Source: Azolla caroliniana (taxonomy: Eukaryota; Plantae; Polypodiophyta). Taken from it: DNA of 64,000 nucleotides. This document shows positions 33,521-48,200 of this stretch, piece after piece. Position 1 is the first letter of the stretch; each line of letters begins with the position of its first letter. Below the pieces are notes generated by a model, which saw only the letters and a list, made by a program, of their open reading frames with translations, ran no database searches and was not told where the DNA came from. The DNA is taken from assembly GCA_043228905.1 (NCBI GenBank), contig JBHGNT010000010.1, positions 18,662,001-18,726,000 on the forward strand, in the 5' to 3' direction. The translations under genes were made by a program, and so were the position numbers.

Positions 33521-36500
33521 TGTTCTTCTCGATAATGTGTCTCCTTCCTAAGAAAGGGATATTCATACTCTGATAGTGAGCGAAGTTTTCGCGCGTTTTT
33601 TTTCATGTGACAGCCACTGGGGGGGAGCTCTCTCTCTTGAGGATTGATTGCATGAGTTGGTTTTTTCGAGCTGTGCATGTTCTGGTCGCACGGCCTAAGG
33701 ACTTTCAAAAAAACTTAGCTTCGTTGCTTGATCTTCCGATCAATCGAAGCTGTTGTGCATGGTTTTAGGCACGTCATAGATCAGTCGCGTAACTGCTTTG
33801 CCGCCTGATATAATGCCAATCTCGACACCTAACTTAGCTCAATGCGTATATTGTTAAACCATTCTCGATGAAATGAAGAATCGTTTACTTTTGTTATCAC
33901 TTGGCTTATGGTATGTGAGTGTTGTCATGTTTTGGTGTCTTTTGTAGTTTTTTCTTCATCTTTATATTTACCGTTGTTTCGATAGATACTTATGTAATTG
34001 TGTGCCCTAAGGGTTTACCTTCGAGGTTTCTTCCTTGTCTAGGAAGTGGATATTTTATTTATTGCTTCTCGAGTACTAAAATCCATGTCCCACGTAATTG
34101 GGCTAATGGCAATGGGAATTGAAGATACAAACAAGCTAAGAAGCATTCAAGGGTTTTAGAGAGATAAAAGAAGTTCGAGATATACAAATTAGCAATTAAG
34201 AGCTAAAGAAACATAGAAATGGATTCAGGGGATGGAAAAGAAAAGGGTTATAGAGACATTTAGTTAGGCAGACGAGAATGGTTGTAATAAAAATATTTTA
34301 GATTATGCAGCATGTGGGATAATGATGTGTTTGCGCCATACTCATGCACGTCGTTTAAAAGAGTCATCATTCTTCTTTGGCAACATGTAAATGATTGTTC
34401 ACTTAGGCAAATGGATTGTTCCATAACCATCCACTCGACATGAGCTATTTTTTCATCTTACAAAGTGGATAAATTGTAGGCACTAGCCCTTGGTTCTCCG
34501 ATTCAAATTTCTTGATTGTAATATTGTTAGTGTGATTCCTCGAGCTTGCAATGTTTCGCGTTAGTGTGTGTACTTCCAATATTCCACTATGCCCCGAATT
34601 ATGTTACCAACTATCAGATGGGTAGTAGGTTGTATGTATGCATAATATTACCTACAAAAAAACATAAAGGATCAGTGAAACATTGTCCCTTAATTGAACT
34701 TCTATGGCCATGAGCTACTTATTTAGGGATATTAAACGAACATAAAATAGTTGTTTTTGTGTAGTAACAAGTTTTCTTTGCTCTTATCTCGTATATCGTA
34801 CATTTTTCTTATATATTTTGGTGGTGGCCAAATTATTTAAGGTTCCATAAGTTTCAAGTTTGCGAGGAATACAATGCTCCAAATTGTTTCATGTGAGTAT
34901 AGCTCGAACTCTTTTTCCTCTCTCAAAGCCTTTTCAACTTTTCAACCCTTTATGTGCATGAGAAAAGAGTCAGAGTCCTAGAATTAAATCGTCAGTAGGT
35001 GGTTGTCGAACATGAGAGCTTAGGGAAGAAGTAAGATTCGAGTGGCCCGACTTGACTATGTAGTTCATCTAGGTGCCCCTTGCAATCAACATGGTCTCGC
35101 CTCACAATATATAATTTCTCTAGGTATATTAAATACGCATTGTGAATCAGTATTGTTCGTGTATCGAGATCAAAAGGACAACACTCAAGCAACGTACTCA
35201 CATTGAAATGCACAAACATCTACATGATAAGGGCCGATATCAACTGCCACCCATGATTATGATTCTAGTAGTTGATTCAAGCAATGGGCGAACGAAGTAA
35301 TACATGTCAATCTAGAAGGTAGTGTTCTCGGTTAAGGGTGACATAAAAACACAATGCCAAGAGCTTTAAAATAGCTTGCATATATAAGTACAGTTGCTAA
35401 CAAAACAAACTACATACAAGGAGAAGTGAGTACCACAAAGGGAGATTTGCTCATGTTGTGGGCCATGTAGATGTGCTTAGGCATGTTAGTCTAGGCTCTT
35501 CAATCATTGTGCTTGGGTGAAAAATTGTTGGCATAGTTCAATGCATGTTGAGGTAAAAAACAGGAGAGGTGATAATTGCTATCATTTTCAATAAATGGAA
35601 ATCGAGTTTTAGAAAGGATGACGTTAGATAACAATTATCGAGAATGTAAAAATGATGGCCATTTATAGGGGAAATCTACCCACACCCCAAATAAATGACA
35701 AGTCAAAAGGAGGAGATAAGTGCGAGTTGTTAAGTTCTACCTCTCTTGAAACGCAAAAAGCAAAAAGCAAAACCTTGATTGGGCGATCCAAGTTTTGGCA
35801 AAAGACGACAATGCCATCAGATAACAATCATTAAGAATGTCAAAGCTAGGGGGCGATTGACAAGGGAGATAAGTCCATACTGAAAGTAAATGCCGAGTCA
35901 TCATTACGAGGAGATGGGTGCTAGGTATTGTACAAATTAAAACTTCGATTGATTGTTGTGATAAGGCGAAGTCATGGCATGAGATCAATATCTCAAATAA
36001 AGTAATGGCGAAAAGGATGAGGTATTATGAGAATTACGATGGATGATACAAGATAATAACTAGATGGATGATACAAGATAATAACTAGCCTGTCGGGAAC
36101 CGACAAAACGTGGGTAACTTGAGGTAGACAAGGTCCTTCCCCCCCCATACTCCAAATGAAGTATGTAGAAGAAGGTGAAGAAGGTAAAGAAGAAGATGGA
36201 GATGGAGATGAATAATCAAGATGAAATTATGGTAGTGGTGGTGGTCATTAATCCAAGGTCAAAAAAAATTAAAGACATTTTATTTTATTTTATGTATATA
36301 TAAAGGGATCAAATTTAGAGACTTTAAAAAAGTTAGTTCTAACTATTTTTAAGGGTGAAAAACAGGGGAGGAGGTAATGATGATGGGTGCTATCTCAAGA
36401 CAAGAATACTCTTTTCTTCCCCATTCCCTCTTCAATACAAAGGTCTGATAGAACAGAGTCAATCAAGAAACAGAGTAATTTTAAGAGAATAGAGAGTACC

Positions 36501-36595
36501 ATCATCCTTCTCTCTCCCTCTCTCCTGTGTAGAAATTTATTTGGTGTTAGTATTATTTTAACCTTTAATCTCTTAATCTTCTTCATCACCTAAAC

Positions 36596-39500
36596 ATGGC
36601 AATAGATAGACCTCAGAATGTTGGCATCCTTGCCATGGATATCTATTTCCCTGCAACCTCTGTTCTTCAGGTAATTATTTGCTTATTTTCATTTCCTCTG
36701 GTTCTCTGTCTGTCTCTCCATATATATATATATATATATATATATACATTGTCTATCTATCTATCTATCTATATTTATATATTTATATATATATTCTTTC
36801 AATTATGAGAGCTCTCTCTTTTCTGCATTTTCTTGGCAACATAAAGCTTAAATCTTCAAGATATTTATGAATTACATATCAGATTTGAATAGAAAAAGAA
36901 GCGCTAATGAAATCGATTACGGGTAAAATGTAATACTGAGAATTCTGGTTTCAAGTTATAAATGTGCTTCCATTTTGAGTAAATAGAGTGCACTTGAAGA
37001 TTATGATGGGGTGAGCAAAGGGAAATATACAATCGGCCTGGGACAAGACCGGCTGGCATTTTGCACCGATCTTGAGGACGCGATCTCGATGAGTTTAACT
37101 GTGGTACAATCACTTCTCAACAAGTACAACATCTCCCCTATGCAAATAGGAAGGCTTGAGGTGGGAAGTGAGACTGTGGTTGATAAGAGCAAATCCATAA
37201 AAACATGGATCATGCAACTTTTCCAGGTAAAAATAAATAAATCTATGTCAGGTTTCGTTTCTGGGCAACGATATTTATAGAGAAGTTGTATAACAGTTGC
37301 TCTCTTCTGGCATAGAAATGTGGGAACACTGACATTGAAGGTGTGGATTCAACAAATGCATGCTATGGTGGAACCGCAGCGCTGTTGAATTGTATGAACT
37401 GGGTGGAAAGCACATCGTGGGATGGACGATTCGGGCTTGTAGTTGCTGCCGACAGTGCTGTAAGAAAGCTTATTCCATAGACACCTACCATATATAAACC
37501 CCAAACCCTAAAAATGAGAGAAAAATCTACTTGTTTCTCTGTAGTCCTAGCATATGATGTTTAGAAAAACCTAAAGAAACATTCTAAATAGTTGAAATTT
37601 ATTTTATTTGCTGTTTAAGGTATATGCTGAGGGTCCAGCAAGGCCAACCGGAGGGGCTGGAGCGGTTGCGATGCTAATCGGACCGAATGCACCTTTAGTT
37701 ATGGAGAGGAAATTCACAGGAACTCATATGGAACATGTCTATGACTTCTACAAGCCTCAGTTGGCAAGCGAATATCCGGTTAGTGGCTTTTATGAGTTAC
37801 CCAGTCTAAGCAGAGATTTTAATCATTTCTTGTTATGAGTTTTCTCAAATATTATGCCGTAGAAATTTGTGGATTGAACGTGTCTATGGGATGTTTGTCG
37901 GAATGTCGATACAAGATACATGAGGACATTGATTTCTTCTTAGTATCATCATTTGCATGATATAAATTTTCTCAAGCTTTATTATTTTGTAGGTTGTTGA
38001 CGGAAAATTGTCACAAACATGTTATCTTAAGGCACTGGACTTATGCTATGGGCGCCTATGTGAAAAGTAAATTTTCATGGTTGTGTTTTTTTTCCATGCT
38101 ATATTAAAGGTAGTAAAAAAATACGGTTAAACACTAATGAAATCTTGGATATTGGAATAGGTTTGAGAAAGTGGAAGGAAGACCGTTTTCTTTGGCTGAT
38201 GCAGACTATGTGGTGTGTCATTCGCCCTACAACAAGGTAACTAAAAGGAAACCCTTGTGTTCGAAGGCTAAAAATTTATACAATTTTCAAAGGACATGGA
38301 TGATCTTTCAATCCTTACATATAATTACTTTGTTGGGAGTTTCAGCTTGTGCAAAAAAGCTTCGGTCGTATCATTTACAATGATTTTCTTCGACATGCAA
38401 GGTTTGTGGTGGAAAGCTATCTATTAATTTTTTAGTATGCATACTTTTTCCAGTGTCTTGCTTACATGCTTGGTTGAACATTGAGTTGAACTAACACGTT
38501 TCACTTGGTTCAACATCTAGCTACTTAACAAAGTCTGCAGTTGCATCACTCGAGCCATTCAGGACATTGTCTATAGAGGAAAGCTACACTAATCGCGATC
38601 TCGAGAAGGTTATTTTCTCTTCAACACAACACACATACACACATACACGATTTAATTCAACAGGCTGTGTATTGAAGAAGCAAAGTTTCATAATGTGGTA
38701 TTCAACGATGTTTTTTCTGATTTTTACGTTTCTATATGTAGGCTTCGCAGCAAGTAGCCAAGCCACTTTATGATTTGAAAGTGGAACCAGCTACATTGCT
38801 TCCGAAACAAATTGGAAACATGTATTGTGCATCGCTTTATGCCGGCCTAACATCTCTCATTCATCAACAAGCCCAGCTGGTTTGTCTCTTTGATACATTG
38901 TTTTACTTTATCTTGTTTTTTCTCGAGAATTTACCAATGTTATAGATTCTAGAACAAAACACTGGAATGCCAAAAATACCCCAAAAATGTCATGTTCGTA
39001 TCTCTAACTCTTTTGGAGATTTACCAAACATACCCCAACTATTTCAAAAATTACTGGAATGCCCTTATGTGCAAGATTTGTTTTCAAATGACAAAATACA
39101 CCTACATAGTAGAAGTATTTATCAACATAACCAAAGTATCCCTATGTTCCTCGATGTGTTGCAAAAGAATATTCGAGTAAACATTTTAAGACTTACAGCT
39201 TTTTTAAAATCCTGAATATTCTGGTAAACTTTTTTAAGACTTCACAGCTATGTTAAAATCCTGGAAATGTTAGGGGTAGTCTTTTTTAGATTGTAACTGT
39301 GCTTGACTATTTTATGTTTTTTGAGAATTTTGCGACATAATCTAATTTTATATGCTTGACACAATAGGATGGAAAACGTGCACTCTTGTTCTCCTATGGA
39401 AGTGGCCTTGCATCGACCCTCTTTTCAATCCGCTTTTTTGAGGGCGATGGATGTTTCAGACTCTCCCAAATCGCTTCTGCCCTTGACATTTCGAGCAAGC

Positions 39501-39816
39501 TAAATTCCACCGTTGTGGTATTGAAAACAGAATACTGAGATCTAAATTTCCTTTTTATGCCATCTCAATTGATGTTTAAGTATTTCCTCTACCATCAACT
39601 TGATCAAGGGTTCTTTGTGTGTTATAGGTCCCCCCAGAAGAATTTGAGAAGACAATGAAGTTGATGGAGACTCGATATGGAGCTAATGATTTTAAACCAA
39701 TTAGTGAAAAGAACATACTCCGGCCTGAAACCTTTTACCTAGTGGAGGTTGATTCCTTATATCGACGTTTCTATGATGTGATGCAATTGGACGGGGTTGC
39801 CAATGGTTTCCATTGA
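36596..39816 (+). CDS. HMGS: 3-hydroxy-3-methylglutaryl-CoA synthase, 11 exons
   Basis: Exons 36596-36670, 36987-37226, 37316-37459, 37620-37778, 37993-38066, 38161-38236, 38346-38401, 38521-38608, 38742-38879, 39368-39517 and 39628-39816, all GT-AG. Catalytic motifs [31 protein letters not shown] and FSYGSG are intact. Confidence 0.96.
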
Positions 39817-41142
39817 GGCGTTCTTTATCCTTACATTCTCCTACATTGATTAAAAAGTTGATTCTTACAAATTGAAGCCTATTTGTCAACCAAATTGTAT
39901 AGGCATTCCTCATTATAATAATATACTTGGGCAAGATTGATCCCCATACAAAATTACACTCAAGGGGATGAAAGCCTTTTATCTTAGTTGCAATTCGAGT
40001 GATAAGATAGAAGGGTTTCATGGCTATCGATCAATTTTCATATTTTTTGACTCACAGAGCTATACCTCTAAAAGGACCTACAACTTAAGTTTTAATGAAA
40101 AGTCTTAAGCATTGCAAGCATTACAACTTTGTGAAGTTCTCATGTTGAATTACAACATAGGAAAGATGAATGAAAAGTAGCTATCCACGTATCGTAAAAA
40201 TTGATTCCAATTCTTGTTTGCATTCTCTAACTATGGAAGTCAAGGGAGACATGGAAATTCTATTGTCTAATGCTTATGACAAATTCCCATAAAATATTGC
40301 TATCGTACACTAACATGGTATCATACAATACAATTATGTGACACTCTTATGGATGTAACTTGTACATGACCTAGGATTGAATTTTTTAACAAAACATTTG
40401 AGTGTGATTGTGTAACTACAAAAATCTTATTTGAGTATCCCAACCCACTCAAGAGTCAATACCTCCAATATATATTGATGTAAGAAATTCCAAAACCCTA
40501 TTGTGCATGCTTATGTCCTACCCTCAAGAAATACTTGTATTGTACACTCACATAGTACTATCCAATACGATGATGCAACTCACTTACAATGGAACTTGTA
40601 CATGGCCCATAACAAGGTATTTGTTCCGTACATGACCAGATGTGTAGATTTCCTATGTGCCCTTTAACAAAAGAAATAAGGACGAACAAAGTTAATACTG
40701 TAAGAATGATTTGAAGATGCATTAACATGTTATATTAGTATGGGTATATTTGAGAAAGTTCAATTTTAGTCAATTGTAGTGGCTCAACATGTAAGGTTAG
40801 GACTCCTAAACAATGCCCAACCATCCATTAGCAATAACCATAGATATTCACTCTAATATAAGAGCTAATGTGGTTGAAAGTTATGTTTTTCTATTTGTTC
40901 TCTCATGCAGAACAAAACATCAATTTCGAACAAATTCGAATGGATAAATATTTAATGTGAAACGAGCCATTCTAGTTTAAGTGGGCACTTAGTTAGACAT
41001 GTGCACCCACACTGACCATGGAAAGCATACCTTTGGAAACCACAAAAAGTCTAGGGTTCTAAGTTCCACAGAGCGAGCATGTTAGACATGCAAGTATGTG
41101 CGTGTGAGGCGGCATGTACATAAGCAAGAGGGTGCACATGCC

Positions 41143-41174
<32 letters not shown>

Positions 41175-41361
41175 CATACAAAGCACACTAGTAGTAGAAT
41201 AAGACTTAGTTAAAACGGATTTTTACCAATATTTTATACACATTCTTGACACCCCACCCCCCTCGAAGTGTAATCCACATGAAACCATTATTTAGGATGC
41301 ATTGTGTATACATAAGAGACATAATGTAATGTATAGATGGTATCGGGACTACGGGTGTTGT

Positions 41362-42576
41362 CTAAGAATCATGGTATCGAAGCCAACAATCATCCGAATG
41401 GAAGCTCGCGACCCTCGAGAAGGTGCAACTACGGGCGATGGTGGAGATAGCGAATCGAAGACAACTCGTGCAAACGAACCTCGGTAGGAAAGGCCTACAA
41501 AACGCGGCCGCAGAGCCGATGTCCCCCACTTTCACTTCCACGACCTCATGGGTTGTGGTTGTGCCCACACTTGCTTGTACCAATAGCTCCCCTAGGAGCC
41601 ATGTCACCTCCCTCTCGTAGTCGAACCTTGGCTCAAACTTGTCTAGCCCGCATATGTAGTCGAATGGCGTGGGTTGCACCAATTCGTGCCGTGCTCCGGC
41701 CAATGTGGATTGTGTGGGATCATCATTTGCTCCCCCGACACTCGGCTTCGGCACATCCATCCATGGTGCCTCGTGGTGGTGAGATGGCGAAAGAATGTCC
41801 GAGGAGGAGACGTTGGGGTTTGAGGCCGGAGGAGATGGTGGCGTCAACACCTCAGCCACCGCCGGAGATGGAGATGGAGATGGAGATGGAGATTGGGCGT
41901 GATATGTGTGGTGGATTGGGATGTGCATCCATGGTGCCGCAAAATGAGGCGGCGATGGAGAGGGAGATATAGAGAGTGGCATTAGGGTTGATGGTGAAGG
42001 AGGGGGAGAAGGAGATATGGTGGTCGGCATTGATGAGCTTGTGGGAGAAGGAGATATGGATGAGCTTGGGGGCGAAGGAGATGGAGATGGAGATGGAGAA
42101 GGAGAAGGAGAAGGAGAAGAAGAAGGAGATATGGTAGAGGATATACTTAATGCTGATGGAGAAGGAGAAGGAAATATGGTAGAGGATATACTTAGTGCTG
42201 ATGGAGAAGGAGAGATGGTTGATGGCATTGATGTGGATGTTGAGCTTGAAATTGAGCTTGAGGGGGATGGAGATGGAGATGGAGCTGGAGTCCCATATGC
42301 ATGTTTGAAATGATTCTTGTGTGTCGGAATACGCACCCAAGGTGATCTCCACCGAGCGGCCGATGGAGATGGAGATGGAGAGAGAGATATCTTTGCATGC
42401 TTATTTCGTTTAGAGTGATGGGAGAGAGAAGGAGAAGGAGAAGGGGAGATTAAAGGAGGATTTGATGCAGAAGAAATGTACATTGTAGTTGGTAGAGGAT
42501 GAGGGGAGAGGGGAAGAGAGGGAAGAGGGGAAAGAGAAAGAGAGGATGAAGGGGAGAGACCACCACCACCACCACC

Positions 42577-42609
<33 letters not shown>

Positions 42610-43770
42610 GGTGGTGGTGGTGGTGGTAGTAGTAGGAGGAGGAGGAGGAGATGGTAGGATGGAGGGGGAAGGAGAAATTCTTGAAGGCTCCGCATTCGAA
42701 GGGGAAGGAGAGCTATCGGACGAGGCAATTGTGGTTGAAGGGGGTGGAGAAGAATCCAAGCTTGTTGGGGAGGGTGATGCATTGGACCTTGATGGAGATG
42801 GAGATGAGGTAGAGGCTAATGTGGGAGAGGGAGAGGAAGAGGGAGAGGGAGAGTTGGAAGCCAACCCCACTGAAGAAGTCAAAGGTGGCATCGAGTGTGA
42901 AACGGACGAAGAACCCAATGTCAAGATGGAGTGAGGGGGGATCGAGCTTGACAAAGTACTAGTAGGAGGCTCGCTCGACAAAGTAGTAGTAGGAGACTCG
43001 GGAGAAGGAGAGAGAGACTCGGCTGGAGAAGGAGAGGGGAAGGGAGATGGGGAGGGTGAGGGTGAAGCTAAACTTGTTGAAGGAGTTGAAGTGGAACTAG
43101 TAGTAGAATCCAATCCGAAAATGGAAGGGGGGAAGGTCAAGCTTGACGAAGGACTTGTAGGCGTCTCGACAGAGTGAACAATTTGTTCTATAGATGGAAG
43201 AAGAGGGGGTGGGATGGGAATAAGAGTAAGATAACAATTGGGAATAGGAGAGCGAGAGGGAGAAAGGGTAATGAAGCACGAAAGATAGAGGGATCCAAAA
43301 GGAGAAGAAGGAGAAGGAGAAGGAGATTGGGAAAAGGGGTCGGACAAAGGTATGGAAATGTATGGGGGAATATGACTGGACAAATACGGAAGGGACGATT
43401 CGAAGGAGGAGTTCAACGAAGAAGTTGCAAGAAAACGATTGAGAGATGCTAGTGCATATGAAAGGGGGGAAGGGAGGGAAGAAGAGGGTGAGGACGAGGG
43501 AGATTGGGTAATGGACGATTGAGAGGAGGACATTGAGTGAAAGTGAGAATGTGAATTGGAGTGGTAATGTCTATGAGGGTGGGAGTGGGGATGGGTATGG
43601 GGATGGGTATGAGAATGGTGAGCATGAGTGTGAGGGTCTCTAAAGGGCATGTTACTACTACTCGAAGCCGATGGGCCGCTTGCTTGGAAGGACATACTAT
43701 CTTGCGCTATCACATTTGTAATTGCGACCTGCATGCTTATGATCAACATAATCACCATTGTAGCTTTCAT
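41362..43770 (-). CDS. Secreted Ser/Pro-rich (AGP/extensin-like) His-rich protein with one C-terminal DUF26/Gnk2 domain, ~802 aa, intronless
   Basis: Signal peptide MKATMVIMLIISMQVAITNVIAQ, a His-rich tract and long SP dipeptide runs. The C-terminus has C-X8-C-X2-C (CRPFLPRFVCTSC) followed by C...CWLRY, the DUF26 signature. Confidence 0.85.
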
Positions 43771-46700
43771 GATTATGTGCCCATGTATTGTCATTTCGAT
43801 CCTTTGGCAAAACAAAAAGAAAACGGAGTTTGTTAAGAGTTAGTCGACCATGTTGGAACTGAAAAGACTATTAACTTCATCATTGTTACGAAAACAAGAT
43901 CAATATACACCACCTTCAATTAGTCTCACATTCATGCATGTTTGAAGCCACTTTTCCCAAAAACATGAATGAATTATATATCACTTAGGTGCAATGACCA
44001 TGCCATCTATGTCTCCATGGAGTAATCCTTATTAGTTTCACAAGGTATATACTCGTTTCCTAAATCACATTAATAAATTTTGAAATACAAGTTATGACAC
44101 ATTCGCATTCCCTCTATCACATTGTACTCTCACATTTTTTATGATTTTTGTCAATCTAGAAGGCACATCATCATTGCGCAAACATGTTTTGACAACATCA
44201 TGATAAAAGTCAATTGAAATGCCATAATAAATGAGCTTGAGTAAATTGGAGCTTAACCACATATCATCGCATGAGAATATGATCCTTTGTAACGAGGACA
44301 TAAGTGAAGTTGTAATATGTTCAAAGATCATGTTCACTATTCATACAAATTTGAACTTAATTGTGTATGTTACCTAGCAATACAAGCATTATCTTTGTCA
44401 CAAGTTTATGAATATAAGTTTTAAACACTATAAGGTTATGAATAATGTAGGTTCCATAAATCTTTGATACAATGCAAGGATTCAAACATTACACATGCAA
44501 GAGTAAAGAATGAACCTGTTACTAAATGAATGCATATATTGCTAACCGAGACGTCAAACTTGAATTGGCAAGGTGTTCATTTATGCGCATCTAGAAGACA
44601 ATGTTGATCATCGGACCACATACTAAAGAATAATGGATATTAAACTTTTGTATACCAGTCGATGATATTACCATATAAATTGTTCACTTATGAAGTAATT
44701 CTTAATGTTAAGAAGATGTGAATTATTCATATAGCTCAAAACTTACGTAAGAGAACATATAAAAGTTTGAATTTGAATTCTGATATTCTAATGCAACATA
44801 GATTACATGTAAGTATGACTTCAATACCCTTCTGTGAATGCACGCTACACGTATGGATCACCCAATGTTCCCATTTAAGTGCATGCTCATTTTCAATTAT
44901 TTCAAAAGTGAAAAAGGCTGCATATATGAGAGTAAAGAACCTGATAGTACATGAATGGATATAATTTGATGATCAATGTGTCGAACCTCTATCAACAAAG
45001 CTCATGAGCGCTATATTCTATTTATAACGAAAAATCATTCATCAATGAAATGAGGCTAAAAATAATTCTCGATGTTCAGGTAGCTACACCTTTATTTCAT
45101 GTAGGTTTTATTTGTTTGACATGTTCACTCAATTTAATACGCACATTCTCTTGGTGTGAGTATATGGTAATGAACTTTTTGTTATTGATTTTTCAAATAC
45201 TACAATTTTGTTTTCTCTGTTTGAGTTTTCATCCCGTAGTTTTAGTATTAAATTTACCAAACCCTCTAAGTTACTCTAATGAGATTGTGCAACTGACAAT
45301 GATGAATGTCATAACACAAAATGAAAGGTGATGTATAAGCTTCGTGTGATTGCATTGTTAATATTTTTATACTAATAATTATAGACATATTATCCATGTT
45401 AAATCTCCATAGTATACATATATAAAAGCAACCACTTTCTCAAGCAAATCATATTTCTACCAAATAAAGGAACGAGAAGAACATACATACATTGTTCCAT
45501 ATTTCTAGGGCGATCAATAATTCAGTGATAAAATATTTTAGATTCATTGTCAAATTTGGTCCATTAGAGTGTGACGAGTATGAATATGACACTAATTTGA
45601 TTAAAAATGAGAAACTTATGACTAGTAGTGGGTAACCCTGGCAAAGGCAAACAATACTTGTTCTTGGAATAAGGCATGTAAGCAAAGAAGCATGATCCAC
45701 CCCCCACCCCCATCCCCTCTCTCTCCACGCCTCGCTCTCGCTCTCTCTAAATGTCAAGCAATGAGTTTAATATGATGCAAAAACTTACATCAAATGTAGT
45801 ACAAAAAGATACATGTTGGTCACATATCATCTAACGTATTGATGGAAACAATATAGAAACATGATATATACACATGCATGAACATACATACATGCATGCA
45901 TACATGTATATATACATGAATATGTGTTACACTCTTTCTACAATGTAGTTCGATTATGTTGAAGTAGGGCAAACATTTTTACTTAGAATTCAAATATATG
46001 ATTGCTTTGCTTTGTGCTATAAGTCAAGAGATGTTTAAAGTTATAAGAATTCCCTCAAATTACCATTAAAAAAGAATTTGGTTTGTCCTAGTCAACTCCT
46101 CTGTGTGTGTTTCAGTGGGTGCATGTCTTGCCTCTCCTAAGTGATGTGCACAACGTAAAAATATAATATCTATGTCTTGTGTTATGAAATAACTAAAGTT
46201 GTCATGTTTGTCGAAGTTAACAAGAATATATATAAAGAGTAAACAAATGTTGGTGGATGTGACCTTTTGAAGCTAATGATTTTTTCTTTATAGTTTATTG
46301 TTTGGATTTTGATATCGAAAGTCGATGCTTTTGTTAATAAAGAAAGAAAGCACGCACACACCAAGCTAGACTAAAACATTGTCGACAATTGTTGTTTCAA
46401 GTTAAAGCAACTCAGTGTATATGATGTTAGCATATAGACGCGAAAAATGTATTTTCAAAGTATGTTTGCTATGGTTTAGTGATATAAAAATGTATTTCAA
46501 AGTATGTGGGCGATATAAAAAAGCATACCACCCAACCGAATTGAATTTCCATATCATACAACATAGCTTTTGAGTCGAATGTCCAAACCCCAAACTTCAT
46601 TGTATATAAGACTCTTCCTTTGGAAAGCTCTAAGAGAATATTTGTAAATCAGCAATTTATGTATAAAACGTAATCTTATTGGGAATCAACAAAATTCGAA

Positions 46701-47323
46701 CCTTATACCTTTAATTGACAAAGTATTGTAACTACTAAAATGTAGAAATGAGAAACACCATTAAAACATCTACCCCAAGAGACAATATATGCCGACCCAT
46801 TCAGTGCACGAGGAACCCTAAATAAAGGCACCTCATTAAGTGAGAATGGGTCACATTATACTACCGAATATCCTACTAAAAATCTTATGTAGCCTACAAG
46901 CTATACTTCTATTTTGCAACCAAATCTTTTTATTCATAATACATATATACATCTACTTGTTTCTCATCTTATCTACATTCCTTGCTTAGGTTGTTTCAAC
47001 CTCTTGTTTCTTATTCGAAAGTTAGACGTTTAAAGGCTCATTCGCCAAGATCTTGATCAACATAATCTTTGTCTCAACACCTATTAATGACTTATTTACG
47101 ATATCTACGATCATTGTACCCATCTCCTGATCCATAATTGATGGATCCACAAACATTTACACAAACCCAATATGATTTTTCAGACATAGGAGTTGATTCT
47201 TAAAAGTGGTAGCAAATCGTGATGAACTAACTTGTACAATGGAGAGAAGATGTTGATAACTAACTTGTACACCTTGATGCCACGTAAAGAACTAGGGAAT
47301 CGATTGAGTAAAATTATGCATGT

Positions 47324-47358
<35 letters not shown>

Positions 47359-47799
47359 CTCACATGCATGTGAATTAGAGGAGACAAAGAGATCATTATA
47401 CGCCAAAGACAATAGCATTAAGCAAAATGGGAGAAGATAAACAAATCTAGGATAATAATGAATGATAAATCAACATTTGATACAAGAATAAGGGCTTAGT
47501 TTATATGGGACACATGTATAAGTGTATATATATAAGTTTTTTTCCAAAAAAGGAGTAGCCTACCATTAGTTAAGAAAAGTCATATTAGCTAGAACATACA
47601 AAGTAGGTGGGAAGGAGGCGAAGATACTTCCAAAACCCTCTTGTGAAACCCAATGACCAACCACGGATCCTTCCCTTAAACGGGTTGAGGAGGTGAATGT
47701 ATACACATTCAAACAGTAGTAGAGAACAACCAACAAGGGAAGAAAATTGTCAAATCACCTTACCATCCATCAACCGAAAAATTGGAATGCAACTCCAAA

Positions 47800-48200
47800 G
47801 CTTTCAAAAAGCAATTTGTTGTAACAATCCATAATTTGTATGTGTAGGAATACTATCATGTTCAACTTTTAATGAACTCACGAATTCTGACAAAATAGAC
47901 ACAAAGGTTTCTTCAACTAGCACTATTTGACCCTGAAACATTTGGCACACACACTGTGCTTTCCATAAAGACCATACAACCATTGGAGCCAATCTATCAC
48001 ACAATCTTAGCCATTTAGCGAACATTCGATCTTGCAAGAATCCTAACATCCAATTTGTTAGTTCTAAAAGCTTGATTGTAATCCATCACGTAAGAAGAAA
48101 ACGAATCATGAAATGAATTTCATACCACATTGCACCAACCCCATGAAATGAAGCCCAACCGCCTTGCAATCACAAAAGTTCTCACAAGCCTACTCTAGAA
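47800..48200 (-). mobile_element. Degenerate LINE C-terminal fragment
   Basis: WLRLCDRLAPMVVWSLWKAQC..MFQG resembles the WxLWxxRxxxxF motif of LINE ORF2. Confidence 0.45.

Noticed and set aside
36596-39816. Metabolic gene cluster (HMGS with SAMS)
   Set aside because: The two are housekeeping enzymes 20 kb apart, separated by unrelated PPR genes, with no tailoring enzymes nearby.
41553-43843. Plus-strand Gly/Glu-rich ORFs
   Set aside because: Antisense shadows of the low-complexity Ser/Pro-rich gene.
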